From Balanoglossus misakiensis (Eukaryota > Animalia > Hemichordata): a stretch of 64,000 nt of DNA. Below the pieces are notes generated by a model. It was not told where the DNA came from, made no database searches, and was given only the letters and a program-made list of their open reading frames with translations. The stretch lies in NCBI GenBank assembly GCA_040954595.2, contig CM082590.2, positions 8,619,764 to 8,683,763 of the forward strand, given 5' to 3'. Position 1 is the first letter of the stretch. Each line of letters begins with the position of its first letter. Positions 51,836 to 64,000 of the stretch are shown here, piece by piece. The translations under genes were made by a program, and so were the position numbers.

Positions 51836-54744
51836 TGAGAAAGCAAGCGAGCGGGTAGGAGCAAGTGAGTGATTGAGTTAATGAATGAATACAATAGGTG
51901 GCTGGTTTGAGTGGATTGGAGTGAGAGAGTTGGGCCTGAGAGAATGAGGTTGGCTGGTTGGTTGGATGGTTGGTTGGTTGGGTAGGTATTAAGTGACAAA
52001 AACCTAAACACCGAGTGGTATTTCAGGAGTCATACGGTTCACGAAACATAAGCGAGTCTGGGAGATCCACAATGGGAATTACGGAATGCATTCCCAGCCA
52101 TTCCAAGGAAGATTACTTTCCCAATCAAACCAAGCTAATCCCACGCACAAAAAACACCATCAGCAGACAGTACTGTACCGTGATTTGCAACAAACCCTTC
52201 CTTTGAAAACCACTCACCAGAAAATCTGTATTTCCAGCAGATGCAATGCTTATCAAGGGAATTCACTGCTCTATTTAAAACCCACATTTGTGGGCAGGTT
52301 CTATTTGCTAATCCTGTTGTCTCTTTTGCCTCATTATTGTTGACAATAGTGTACCTCACATTAAAGGGACAAAGTCTCTCTCTCGCTGCCCCTTTTTCCA
52401 TTAATGATGTTTGATACAAGTCACGGTTTATATTCATGTATATGTATATGTAGTGAATGAACGTTCAACCACACATAACTTCCATCCCGCTTGTATGATA
52501 TGAGAGTAAAAACTCGCTCAAAATGAATAAATGGTAGAGACGGATCATTCATATTCAAAATGGCAGCGAGAGAGAGACTTTGTTCCTTTAACATTTATGA
52601 CCACTGACGACTACAGTCCCTTTTCAAACATACAAGGGTCTCATTGCAACCTGATGAAGTCATTGAAACATCTTCACCTTGAAAATGACAAAACGTTCAG
52701 ACAATATGACCAGTTGAGGAATGTGAGCTAATAGTAAGATGTTTGCAATTAACCTCGGGGGAAAAACACTCTCCTATTTCCCTGTTTCCTGCTTTTAGTG
52801 CATTTATCATACTCCAAGGAACTTTTCCTCCTCTTATTTTAAATCCGGACATTCCAACATTCCTTAGATGATATGACCATTACCGGGGGTACATGTATAA
52901 GAATCCAGTGTTGAGAGTTTAAGTGACTTTAGATATAGTTGATGTACCAAATACTGCTCTATATTATACAATATTAGGCTAGTCTAGACTAGAGAATAGA
53001 ATATACATTATGACCAAACTCAATGACCTAACCTGAGTTCTGCATACAATTATTCTGTGAAGTACAGAAGATCTTTCTGTGTATTCGACAATATCTCACC
53101 TTCAACATGTAATGTAAGGGCTAACCATCTGGCTAGAGTAGTGTATTGCTAGACATTTTGCTATATTGCTGATAAGACTTTTATACAACACACTCACAGA
53201 GAAAATGTGACTTAGGTTCCAGGAATAATGACCGCACAAAACAAGCCCTGGGTGTCCCTATACCTACACCGGCCAATAACGCATTGAAACAAAACGTCGT
53301 AAATAATCAAATAATGACAGGTAAATTGAGAGGACAAAAGTGCATAATGGATCTTAACTGAGTTGATTACAAGACACTCCTGAATAATGGATGACTTTGA
53401 AAACAAAGCACTTTACACTCTTCACAAAACTCTTTTGAATGAACTGGGCTTTTCTCAGTTTCTAGCCAAGAACAAGTTCAGTTCTTGGTCCACTGATATC
53501 AACGAATTTTCTTGCCCTACTCCCTATAACTGTTAATATACCCATGAATTGGACAATCCCTGCATTAATTCTCTACTGAGTTGGTCATTAGTGCAAGCAA
53601 TGTATACTGCAAGTTAAAAGTTATACTTGAGCCAAACATACCCTCTATAAAAGCCAACTTGATGTCCCACTGACTCAACAAACTCTCTGATAGTACAAGA
53701 AAATTAACCATCTTACATGTTAAGTGTGGGCAAATCATCAGAAATTCTTTAAAACTTCTAAATCATGTTTGTTACAAGGCAAACAGACCAAGCACGAGTC
53801 TCACAACATGCTTTGGCAATAAAGAGTGCATATGTAATAAATAAGATTGATTGATCAGTCTAAGTTGACCGAGTCTACTTTCGGTCATCGTAACGCACTA
53901 CGCCAATCCTCCCATTCACAATACTGACACGACCAAAAACGTGTGGGGAGCACCATGACAGAAATGTGAAAATATCTACAAAATAGCGAGAAAAACATCA
54001 TAGTTCTGATTCTTGTGGTACTTCAAAATGCTCTATCAAACCCTGCGTCTTCGTACAGGGACTACCGTATATTGATCTGACATCAGATATATACGTATAC
54101 AGCTCATCAGAATCTGTCATGAAACTGTCAACACAACCGTGCCTCCACCGTGTGTCAACACATACTACAAGACTTGTTCAAATGTTGCAAAAACTGACAC
54201 TTTGACACATGCACACAAAAGATGTCGTATACAACACGTACAACGTATCCATAAATTATCGTATAGACTTCACGTAACACACAATGTCACATTACCAACC
54301 TGCGATGGCTGTACGTACTTGAAAAACACCGATCGGTCCAAGAACGTCGACTTCACCGACAACAACAAGTCTACAAGTGAAATTAAGTGTCCCCAGTCCC
54401 TTGCTCGCATATTATCAACATTTGCATAACAAAGCACCAAACAATACCCTACACGGACGACATTTGCATAACAATGACCGTAACAATGCGCTACTAGACG
54501 ACTCAGAACTGGTAATCAATATCACTGGAGGTTGTTTCGACAACGACACAAAAAGGAGTTGACATGTTCGACTTAGTGTACTCTGATCTCATTGATTTCT
54601 GGGCTGTTTTTCGCAGTTGTACACTTGAAGAGTTGTGTCAATAGGCTAGTTCCACCATTCTGAGCGACACAATACGCACCGTATCAGGTGTACTGTTACT
54701 ACGATATGTACGACCCGTTGGGGTGGTCCCTCCTACACCTTGAC

Positions 54745-55155
54745 ACAAAATTTCACCTAAGAAATTTTCTCATCACAAATTTCAAAGTTTTCTGGCTTTA
54801 CTCCACTCAGATAAAAATCAGATGTACATATAGGGTTGGCTCGATCTTTAACTTTGCTGATTCTAGCCTGTTCTGGTCCCTCCTTTAGTTCGAAACAAAA
54901 TTTCCACCTAAGAAATTTTCTCATCACAAATTTCAAAGTTTTTTTTGCTTTACTACAATCTGATTAAAATCAGATGTACATATAGGGTTGGTTAGATCTT
55001 TACCTCTGATGATTCTAGGCTGTTCTGTTATCGGATGTAGGTGCCAATCTATGGCATACATCCGAAACAGAACAGAACAGAACAGCCAAGAATCAGCAAA
55101 GGTAAAGATCGAACCAACCCTACATCTGATTTTAATCAGATTGGCTTTACTCAAT
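54745..55155. repeat. Duplicated and inverted repeat (palindromic MITE-like)
   Basis: ~54745-54875 is duplicated at ~54895-55028. An inverted copy at ~55065-55152 surrounds the hairpin gttctgttatcggatgta..tacatccgaaacagaac. A related sequence lies at ~38115-38190. Confidence 0.7.
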
Positions 55156-55560
55156 CCTTAGTATCCAAAACAACACTAAAACCCAACCACTAATGAAATC
55201 CACTTTTTCATTAAAACCAGATAAAAATATTGGTCAAATATTAAAATTACGGTCTTTCAAAAATAAGCATTTCCCCCCAAAATAATCCATAGATTAAAAT
55301 CATATAAGCCAAAAAACATATACATCTTCCTATACAATATTAAAGGAAATGATATTATCAACTGATTACCTTGCAGATGTTTCAACTAGCCTTTGAGGTA
55401 ATATACAAAGCAATTTCACCTGACCTACATAGTAAATATTAGTTAGAACCAATTTAATTACTTCCAAAGCTCAGTTGCCAGCAGGTGCAGGAAATGCCAA
55501 GGCATGGTCCCTTCTCTATTGCATTGCAGCAATGTGCACCATTGTCTCGTTCATCAAAAT

Positions 55561-56005
55561 TTAACCCTTTCACCACCATGGTTCAGTCCAAACCCATTGT
55601 TTTCTATGGTAAGGTTGGACCTCTAAAGAGGAGACTGGGGGTGAAAGGGTTAAACTTGGAATCAGATTCTTGTTGTACTTCACATGTCATGATTAATTGC
55701 TTTTAATTTCTTCAATATCAAATACTGATCATCTCAATTATGATCTATCATCAATGACCACCTGTGTCTGTCCATTTCTGTGTGTCACAGTTTTTTCAAG
55801 CACATTCTATAGTGTCATAGATGAGTATATATGTGTATATTTCAATAAAATTCTACCATGCACAGTTCAATCAAACTGAAGAGACTGAATAGAATTAAAG
55901 CACACAAAACTGCTGCACCTATCACCATACTTCTATTGATTTCACATTATTCACTCAGTTAATGGCTTTTATCAACAAAATAATTCTGTCTACTCTGTCA
56001 GCTTT
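55561..56005. repeat. ~445-bp direct repeat, copy 1 (upstream of the TRIM gene)
   Basis: Closely matches 60724-61177. It starts with the TTAA MITE and continues through cttggaatcagattcttg..tctgtctactctgtcagcttt, and contains AATAAA. Confidence 0.92.
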
Positions 56006-56664
56006 TTATCTGACTTCCCTGACCTCAAAATAATTAAATGTCTCTGTGTAAATGACTTTGGTTGACATGTTCTGTTGATAAAACTACAAATCTATCTGCG
56101 GTCGACTGAAATTTCAGTCAGTGTAGTTGGTATTATCACTTTGAAATCAGATAAAGGGCAAAATGAAAACAAGGAACTTTTTCTGCAGCTCTGATGTGAT
56201 ATTTGAGCTTTTGGTCACACGAAAGATATGTTTGATATGACAAAGTTATAATATGGTCTTACATCCTTAATTTAACTTAGATGATAATTCAACTGTACAT
56301 GAAATTTCTGACCTAGATTCATATATTTGCAGACAACAGAGATTGTGTGCAACACTAGAACTAAGGATTGGCATACTTCAGTTGTCTGGTACACTGCAGG
56401 TATTCGCACCATTGTTGTGAAGATGACCCAGCGATGACCTCAGATTAGTTGAGAAATAATACCCACAATTCTCACCCCAGTTTTTCAGTTGTCTATAGGA
56501 GTACGCCTTAGGTTAGTCACATATCAATCACACTATTTACATGTCGTATAATTTGATTCACTGATGACGTATACTCAGACATTTAGAAGTGTTTCAATAA
56601 CACCAAGATAAGGGGCTTTGCTACAAACTGTTCCTGAAGCTTTGAGAGTTGATACACGTACACA

Positions 56665-58872
56665 ATGGCGACTGCAGGCACTGAAGGTAAATTTCTGAAA
56701 GAAGTGGGCGAGGATTTCCTGCGTTGTACCATCTGTCGGGAGTTGTTTAAAACTCCGAAAACTCTACCATGTCTGCACACATACTGTGAGCAGTGTTTAG
56801 TCACTCTGGTTGAAAAGACAGGATCTCTAATCTGTCCAGAATGTCGACGGCAATATCAACTAACTGGTAGTGGAGTTCCAGGAATCAAGACCAACTTCTT
56901 CATTTCAAATTTGACAGAACTGTTCAACCAACGACAGGAATCCACTCAGAGAGCTGAGATCAAGTGTGAAGGTTGCCAAGAGAATACAGCCACTCACAGG
57001 TGTGTAGATCAGTGCCAAAATTATCTGTGTAAAAGCTGTGTTAAGGCCCACAGAAATCTACCAGTCACCCGAACACACAGACTGATGACCATAGAAGAAT
57101 ATGAAACAGCAAAGTCAACCAATCCTGGAAAATTACAAGCAGTAGAATATTGCAGTGTCCACACAGAAAACAAAATTGAATTCTACTGTGAAACCTGTCA
57201 GGTGCCTGTCTGTTCAAACTGTACAATTGTCAAACACCGCATACCAGAACATGTACACAGAGACTTGAAAGATGCAGCAGATGAGTATCTGAGAGACTTG
57301 AAAGTCATGGTAGACAAACTGAAAGTGAAAGAACAGGAAACTGAAAAGAACAAAACCCTAGCCAAGCAGGTACACAGCGATCTTACAGAGAAGCATAAGA
57401 AAGAAGAAAGGAAGGTGAGAATGACATCAGAAGAAATCATCAACAAAGTAAAGAATGAAGAGCAGAGACTGGTAGATGAGCTGAATGAAAATTACAAACT
57501 GAAAATAAAAACATCAGCTGTGGACATTGATGATTTGGAATTAAAACATGGTAACATTAAGAGTACATGCAGTTATATTGAAACACTGATGCATCATGGG
57601 AATGCTGCTCAACTTCTTTCAACCAAGGCTGATGCAGAACATCGCATCAATCAACTTATTGCCATGGAAACGAAACCACAGACACAGAATGAAGAAGTTG
57701 TATTTGAACCAAGCAGTGAGTTTAATGAGCAAGGAATTCTGGGATCGCTGATATATGATGTCTGTATCTCAAAGTGTACAGTTGAAAACATTCCAAAACA
57801 ACTTCTGAAAGGTGACTCTGCACACCTGCTGATCACAACCAGAGATTCCACAGGAAAACAAGTCGTCCCAAATCAACCAGTGAAAGCCAAGGTAAGAAAG
57901 CCTGATGCATCATGGGAAGACATCAAAGTATCAGATAACAGAGACGGTACACACAGAGTGACAGTGAATGGACAAATGGAAGGGAAGTATCAAGTTGCCA
58001 TGACAATAGGAGATCAAGCAATACCAGGCTCTCCTGTCATCATACCTGTCATCAAAGGATTGGTTCAAACCATTGGCAGTAAAGGAAGTGCTGAGGGACA
58101 GTTCAACTCTCCCTGGAGTGTGGCCATAAACAAAGACAATGACGTTGTCACTGCTGATACATACAATAATAGATTACAAATAACCACCAGAGAGGGCAGA
58201 GTGAAGAAAATTTTGAAATTTGCACAATTTGACAAATCTTTCATACCACGTGACATAGCTATATCAAGTGATAATACACACTATAGTTTAGATAACAACA
58301 ATAAGCAAGTAGTTGTCAGTGATGAGAATGGACGTGTCATCAGATGCTTTGGACAGAATGAGCTGAAGGATCCATATGGGATATCTATCAGCCCTGTCAA
58401 TGGGAATGTCTATGTGACAGACAATGGTGGGCAATGTGTCAGGATTTATACACAACATGGCCAGTATATTAGGTCATTTGGGTCAGAGGGTAGAGGTCAG
58501 GGGGAATTCAGGTGGCTCTGGGGAATAGTAGTGGGAAGAAGTGGGATGGTGTTTGTAGCAGATTCTGACAACAAGCGTATCCAGGTGTTCAATTCAGATG
58601 ACCAGTATTTGTATTCCTTTGTTTGTCAGAGTGGGGATGGTCAGCCAAGAGATCCCCTGGGAATAATCATTGAGAATGATAAATATGTGTATGTTAGTAC
58701 TTACAGTAACAGAATACTGAAGTTTGAGAGTGGTGGAAAGTTTGTTTGTCGTATTGACAGTGATGGGGATAAGCTGAACAGCCCCATTGGTCTGGCACTG
58801 ACAGATGATGCACCTTGCAGGGTGGTTGTAGCTGATATCTGCAACCACTGCATCAAAGTGTTTGTACAGTGA
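56665..58872 (+). CDS. TRIM-NHL E3 ubiquitin ligase (TRIM2/3/71-like), intronless CDS, 735 aa
   Basis: RING (CTIC..LPCLHTYCEQC..CPEC), B-box1 (CEGC..C..C..LCKSCVKAH), B-box2 (CSVH..FYCETCQVPVCSNC..H), coiled coil, filamin repeat (DNRDGTH..IPGSP) and NHL repeats (GQFNSPWSVA, FVADSDNKRIQVF). Confidence 0.95.
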   Translation: MATAGTEGKFLKEVGEDFLRCTICRELFKTPKTLPCLHTYCEQCLVTLVEKTGSLICPECRRQYQLTGSGVPGIKTNFFISNLTELFNQRQESTQRAEIKCEGCQENTATHRCVDQCQNYLCKSCVKAHRNLPVTRTHRLMTIEEYETAKSTNPGKLQAVEYCSVHTENKIEFYCETCQVPVCSNCTIVKHRIPEHVHRDLKDAADEYLRDLKVMVDKLKVKEQETEKNKTLAKQVHSDLTEKHKKEERKVRMTSEEIINKVKNEEQRLVDELNENYKLKIKTSAVDIDDLELKHGNIKSTCSYIETLMHHGNAAQLLSTKADAEHRINQLIAMETKPQTQNEEVVFEPSSEFNEQGILGSLIYDVCISKCTVENIPKQLLKGDSAHLLITTRDSTGKQVVPNQPVKAKVRKPDASWEDIKVSDNRDGTHRVTVNGQMEGKYQVAMTIGDQAIPGSPVIIPVIKGLVQTIGSKGSAEGQFNSPWSVAINKDNDVVTADTYNNRLQITTREGRVKKILKFAQFDKSFIPRDIAISSDNTHYSLDNNNKQVVVSDENGRVIRCFGQNELKDPYGISISPVNGNVYVTDNGGQCVRIYTQHGQYIRSFGSEGRGQGEFRWLWGIVVGRSGMVFVADSDNKRIQVFNSDDQYLYSFVCQSGDGQPRDPLGIIIENDKYVYVSTYSNRILKFESGGKFVCRIDSDGDKLNSPIGLALTDDAPCRVVVADICNHCIKVFVQ

Positions 58873-59427
58873 CATTAAAACATCACAAGATGAAGCAGAC
58901 TATATTCCAAATATAACCAACTTTGGATGAGAATTCTTTGTGATGACTGACTGACTACCCATGTTGGTGTAACTCACAGAGTTAGTGAGTTATTTCACAA
59001 ATCCTGAAATATTTTAATTGTGTTTAGGTGGTAAAACCACAGACTTTGACATTGTATTGTGGGTAAAATCACCCACAACTTTGAACTGAATGAAGTTGTC
59101 CCAGTCAACCCAAAAATCACACATTGTCCTTTTATCCCTTTCACCACCATGGTTTGGTCCAATTCCATTGTTTTATATGGAATGCTGGATCTCCACAGAG
59201 GGACATGGGGGTGGAAGGGTTAATGTCTTTGGATCAGTGCTGTAGTGTTTACACGAAGAAAGAAAAATTGTCTTGACATAATTAGAGTGTGATATTGATT
59301 TGTAGAATTCACTGAACATCATTTGTTTTCATTTTATCTTTCAACAGGATTTTTCCTTGTTTTCTTTGTGACTTCAAAAGTACTTTATTGACTGTTTGGG
59401 GGGATGGGAGTGAAATATAGCAATATA

Positions 59428-60366
59428 CCGTATATTCTCACAAATAAGCGCCACCCTTGATTAGGCGCCAGTGATACCTGACTTTGCTACTTTTTACTTA
59501 AAATTAAGCGCCAGGAATTTTTTTTTTTTTTGAGGTGTGTGGACGTACGTGAATCATGGCAAGTACTACCGGGGTAACACCTGTTTAGGGGTCTTGTCAA
59601 AAACAACGGGGGCTTGCTGCGTGAATAATAATTGACCTGAGCAGACAATGCATGCTTTGGGCTGATGTGCTATTTATTTACAAGATGAAATCGGGCACAT
59701 GTCAACCTCCTAATTTATGTAAATTATTATTCGCTGCAAAAGACACAGGTGCCGGGCGTCTAGACACTCGTCTTTTTCCTGTCGATCGATCGGCAGCCGC
59801 TTACGTTACCGGCACTACCACCCAAGTTTGACCATATTGCCAGGGCTTTGAAATAATAGGACTAGTTTCAAGTTGTGAATGTTTGCGGTATTAATTTTCT
59901 CATGAATATTCACGCAACGTGAGTATTCACGCAACCTTGCCTGACCTTACATGTGTGAGAGCATTACAAAGACGCACTTGGACTAAACTACTATACGTCA
60001 GTAGATTTTGTTGATGGTTCAGCCAGCATACTGTAATGCTGCTCGTAGTATTCACTTCGTTGACAACTTTTTATTTCTGGAATATTTATTAGACAATACA
60101 TTGAACTGACTGTATTTGAATAGAAAATGTTAAAACTTTACATATGAATTCGAAACAGCCATTCATTCAGTGCGGACACCCCCTTACCAGAACACTGATT
60201 GGAACGTCCCAAATCATTTGCATATGAATCAACAGGGTACAGTCAGTATACAGGGCGATCATGAATAAGCGCCATCGGTTCTTGAAAGACTCATTTCTGC
60301 TTTTGTTTAGGCGCCACCAAATTTTGAAATGGTTAAAAAGTGGCGCTTATTTGTGAGAATATACGG
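59428..60366. mobile_element. 939-bp non-autonomous Tc1/mariner-pogo-type element
   Basis: TA duplication at 59426-59427 and 60367-60368. Perfect 27-bp terminal inverted repeats ccgtatattctcacaaataagcgccac / gtggcgcttatttgtgagaatatacgg, subterminal (a/g)gcgcca repeats, no ORF. Confidence 0.9.
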
Positions 60367-60723
60367 TACAAATGTAGAATGTAAGATATGCAAATTTTGT
60401 AAGGAAATGGTGTGAAGACAATGTATGTACCACACTCATATGTGTATCAATTCATGTACATACACTGATCAGATCTGTCAAATGCCTATGAATTCAGCTA
60501 TGTAATTTCCAGTTTACGTGATTTTCTGTAACATGGTTTTTGTTCATATACCCTGTAACAGGGTCAGATATTGTGTGTGAATTTCTTCATTATCATCTCA
60601 GTACAAGATGAACGTTTTCCAGTTTTTGCATATTCTTGTGTTATTTTAGTATGGTATTTTTTAAAGGCACATTAACTGTAATTTTTGACAATTTCTTTTA
60701 GTGTTTTTCTCCCCAATGTATTC

Positions 60724-61177
60724 TTAACCCTTTCATCACCATGGTTCAGTCCAAATCCATTGTTTTCTATGGTAACGTTGGACCTCTAAAGAGGAGACTG
60801 GGGGTGAAAGGGTTAAACTTGGAATCAGATTCTTGTTGTACTTCACATGTCATGATTAATTGATTTTAATTTCTTCATTATCAAATACTGATCATCATAA
60901 TTATGATCTAACATCAATGACCACCTGTGTCTGTCCATTTCTGTGTGTCACAGTTGTATTTTTTCAAGCACATTCTATAGTGTCATAGATGAGTATGTAT
61001 GTGTATATTTCAATAAAATTCCACCGTGAACAGTTCAACTAAACTGAAGAGACTGAATAGAATTAATTAAAGCACACAAAACTGCTGCACCTATCACCAT
61101 ACTTCTATTGATTTGACATTTATCATTCAGTTAATGGCTTTTATCAACAAAATAAATCTGTCTACTCTGTCAGCTTT
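60724..61177. repeat. ~450-bp direct repeat, copy 2 (downstream of the TRIM gene)
   Basis: Matches 55561-56005 at an offset of 5163 bp with scattered substitutions and small indels. Confidence 0.92.
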
Positions 61178-62474
61178 GTTACAATCACACTTAGCTGTCT
61201 ATAGACAGTACCGGTAATTTTAAGTTAAATTCAAACAGAGATGCATAGCTAGTGTTGACGTGACAATCTACTTAACATACTATTACAAAACCCATAAACT
61301 TTTATTGTTTGTTTCCGACATACCAATAAAATACAAAGGATTTTATTTACTTTTTCTCTCTCAAGGTGATAAGCTTGTATCAAGACTTCACTGACTGTGA
61401 TTATCTTTTTAAGAGGCCCATTAGATTTTATGATATGTGTCTGGTATGTCCCTAAACACTGTAGCTTAGTAATAGGCCGACTACACTTGCTACTATGTGT
61501 TAATATATTGTGGATCAACCTGTTGAAAGGGCATACGTCCTCAAACGCTCTAGCTTAAAGGGACAAAGTCTCTCTCTCGCTGCCCTTTTTACCTTAATCA
61601 CTTTCACAGTCTAAAGCACCAGAAGCTTGTAGCCAAGACAGTTAGAAATACAGACATTCACATTTTAAATACAAACCCCACCATCACCGACTTTCAAAAA
61701 TCATAACCATTGTTGATGAAAAACAAAACTCACATGTATGAGAAATGTACTCTAAGACTCTGTCTGAAAATCATCTTTTGCCTTCAGTCTAACTCATGCA
61801 ATTGTAAGCACCAAGATTAACCCTTTCACCCCCGGTTCCTTCTTTAGAGGTCCAACCTCACCACAGAAAACAACGGGTTTGGACTGAACCATAGTGGTGA
61901 AAGGGTTTAAACCATTGAGACATTTAGAACAACAGGACATTCACATGTCAAATACAAAACTCACATATTGCAAACTCTAAATCATGATCACAGATGACAA
62001 AAGGTACAGTATAAATTTACCTTACATGTACGAGAGATGTACAGCAGACCAATGTCTGGAAATACACACCTTGTCTTGCCGTCAACCTCACACAATTGTC
62101 AGTACCGTCACTCCGAATCAAAAAAGACATCAATAACACCAGCGACTTAATAGTCCAGTAATTCCCAACAACTGTCCTTCGGTTAATGGAATCATACACA
62201 CCGCGATGTTTTCATAGACCACAGAACACACACACACCGGTCCCTTCCATTGACGTGCGTCGACAATTGTTGTTTCTTTAGACTGGACGTTCCAGCCGAG
62301 AACCAAGTCTTTAACAATACCCTATTGTCGGTGTTCAACAACAATCAATTTTTAGTCCTCCAAGAAGCCGATCTGTCTATTGTGTACGGGTGCCTAAACA
62401 CTAAGGTGTATGCTTTAGAAATCGGAACAAAAGAAAGTTGATCTCTAAGGGGATGTCGACAGCGTTCAGAAGAA

Positions 62475-62628
62475 TAGATCTGGTTTGTTTCTTAGGACAA
62501 AGTTAACAGATTTTTGGAATTTTGTATGTTTTATTTCATTACCTATATTATTAGATCTGGTTTGTTTCTTGGGACAAAGTTAATAGATTTTTAGATTTTT
62601 GTATGTTTTATTTCATTACCTATATTAT
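62475..62628. repeat. ~77-bp tandem duplication
   Basis: tagatctggtttgtttctt..tttcattacctatattat occurs twice. Confidence 0.85.
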
Positions 62629-64000
62629 TCTCATGAAGCATGCAAAATTACTGATTTCTAGATTTCTATTAATTTTTACACACAGGCAAATAAGTGCTGG
62701 TGCAATCAGATATGGATTTCTGGTAGCGACCAAACCAACGTTACTAAGCTAGCGAACGGTCACTCTACACACAGTAAGGAAGCGCACAGTGTTGTCTATT
62801 GTCAAGACGTATGTTTCGATCCCGTTAATTATCCGCGAACAATAGTATTTTCTCACTTGGCTGCATCATTAGCATACATAAACAGCAAGCCAATGTTTTG
62901 CTTTGCCTGCCGATACACCTAACTGTTTATCAATGCTAGACTTACCTTATGACCAGTTGACTAAGTTGACTAAGTTACCAAAGTGGAGATTTCATTTAAC
63001 CCTTTCACCCCGTTTCATACTGCAGAGGTCCAACTTTACCATAGAAAGTAATAAATTTGGACCAGACCATGGTGGTGAAAGGGTTAAACTTAATGTTAGT
63101 AGAATGGGGAAAGATAGTCTAGTATCCAGCTGTTTTTTTACCAAAGCGGACAAATACGGCTAGATACTAGACTAGGGGAAAAACTGAACAATGTTAGTAC
63201 ATTTATCTTGTAACACACGTCATCCGTAGACTGCGTTCTCATTTGTCAATTGATAGTCATGTGATGTGCGTTCTTCTTGTGCTGTTGCTCGCCGGGCATC
63301 AGTTCCGAAAAATGATGCCCGCTCACTTTGTGTGTAGTGAGTTCTTACGCATGGCTGCGGATGAGATGTGTTACAAAATACATATTGACTGGCCTTTCGG
63401 GCAACAGCATACGTCTGTCGCCCCTCGGAACTGTGAGTCACCCCCACCCCCACCCCCAAATAAACTGCTTCACTCGGCCTTCAGCCTTGGGAAACAGTCT
63501 GTTTTGGGGGGTACGTCTATCACAGTCCCTCGGGTTACAGACGTATGCTGTTGCCCTCATGGCCAGTCAATATGTGCATAATTAATAATGAACTGACTCA
63601 CTCACCACTGATCGATTAATCCATCTTGAGATCTTGAGATGTGACTTGATGCAGAGTTTATCCACAAGATCTGTAATAAAACATAAAATTTGATTCAGAC
63701 AATGTTTCACCCAAAAACTATGTACGCGTTCATTTTGCTAGTGTGTGGCAATGAAGCATGATCTATCCAGGGTGGTACATTGTATTGGTGATTCACGAGA
63801 CGACAGAAGTTACAGAGATAAGCAGAAAAATAATCTACCTATACACCCCCACACAGTATAGTTCAGCCTTGATGTCAATGTCATGGCTGGACTATAAAAC
63901 AGTGAAATAGGGGTGGAAGGTATCTAACAAGGGGAGTGGTCCCTCCGAGAAGAACTTCCAAAAACAGCCAAACACACACTAACCCATTTCAGTCACCCCT

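Noticed and set aside
51619-52011. 130-aa ORF with THSL repeats
   Set aside because: Translation of the (GAGT)n/(GATT)n microsatellite.
55561-61177. LTR retrotransposon interpretation of the direct repeats
   Set aside because: No TG..CA termini, primer-binding site, polypurine tract or gag/pol remnants seen.

Overview
AT-rich, intron-containing animal genomic DNA, most likely a marine invertebrate deuterostome; a hemichordate is my guess from gene content and repeat types. Bases 1 to ~17,500 contain no convincing protein gene. They are a mosaic of tandem repeats (527, 70, 102, ~437 and 177 bp units), fold-back repeats, MITEs and a cluster of four degenerate tRNA-like Pol III units. From ~18 kb there is a compact gene block that I reconstructed exon by exon from GT-AG sites and reading-frame phase. 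It contains ANP32 (-), a Tctex1-domain dynein light chain gene absent from the ORF track (+) with an intronic tRNA-Lys(CTT), and an unusual RAMAC/RAM cap-methyltransferase activator (-). RAMAC lies head-to-head with cyclin H (+), followed by a large synphilin-1 (-) and an intronless RING/B-box/filamin/NHL TRIM gene (+) bracketed by ~450-bp direct repeats. The most notable items are the RAM domain embedded in a long RS protein rich in CDK consensus sites beside CCNH, the octamer-preceded pseudo-tRNA array, and the repeat-flanked TRIM cassette. Homology calls come from my recall of family motifs, not from database searches.
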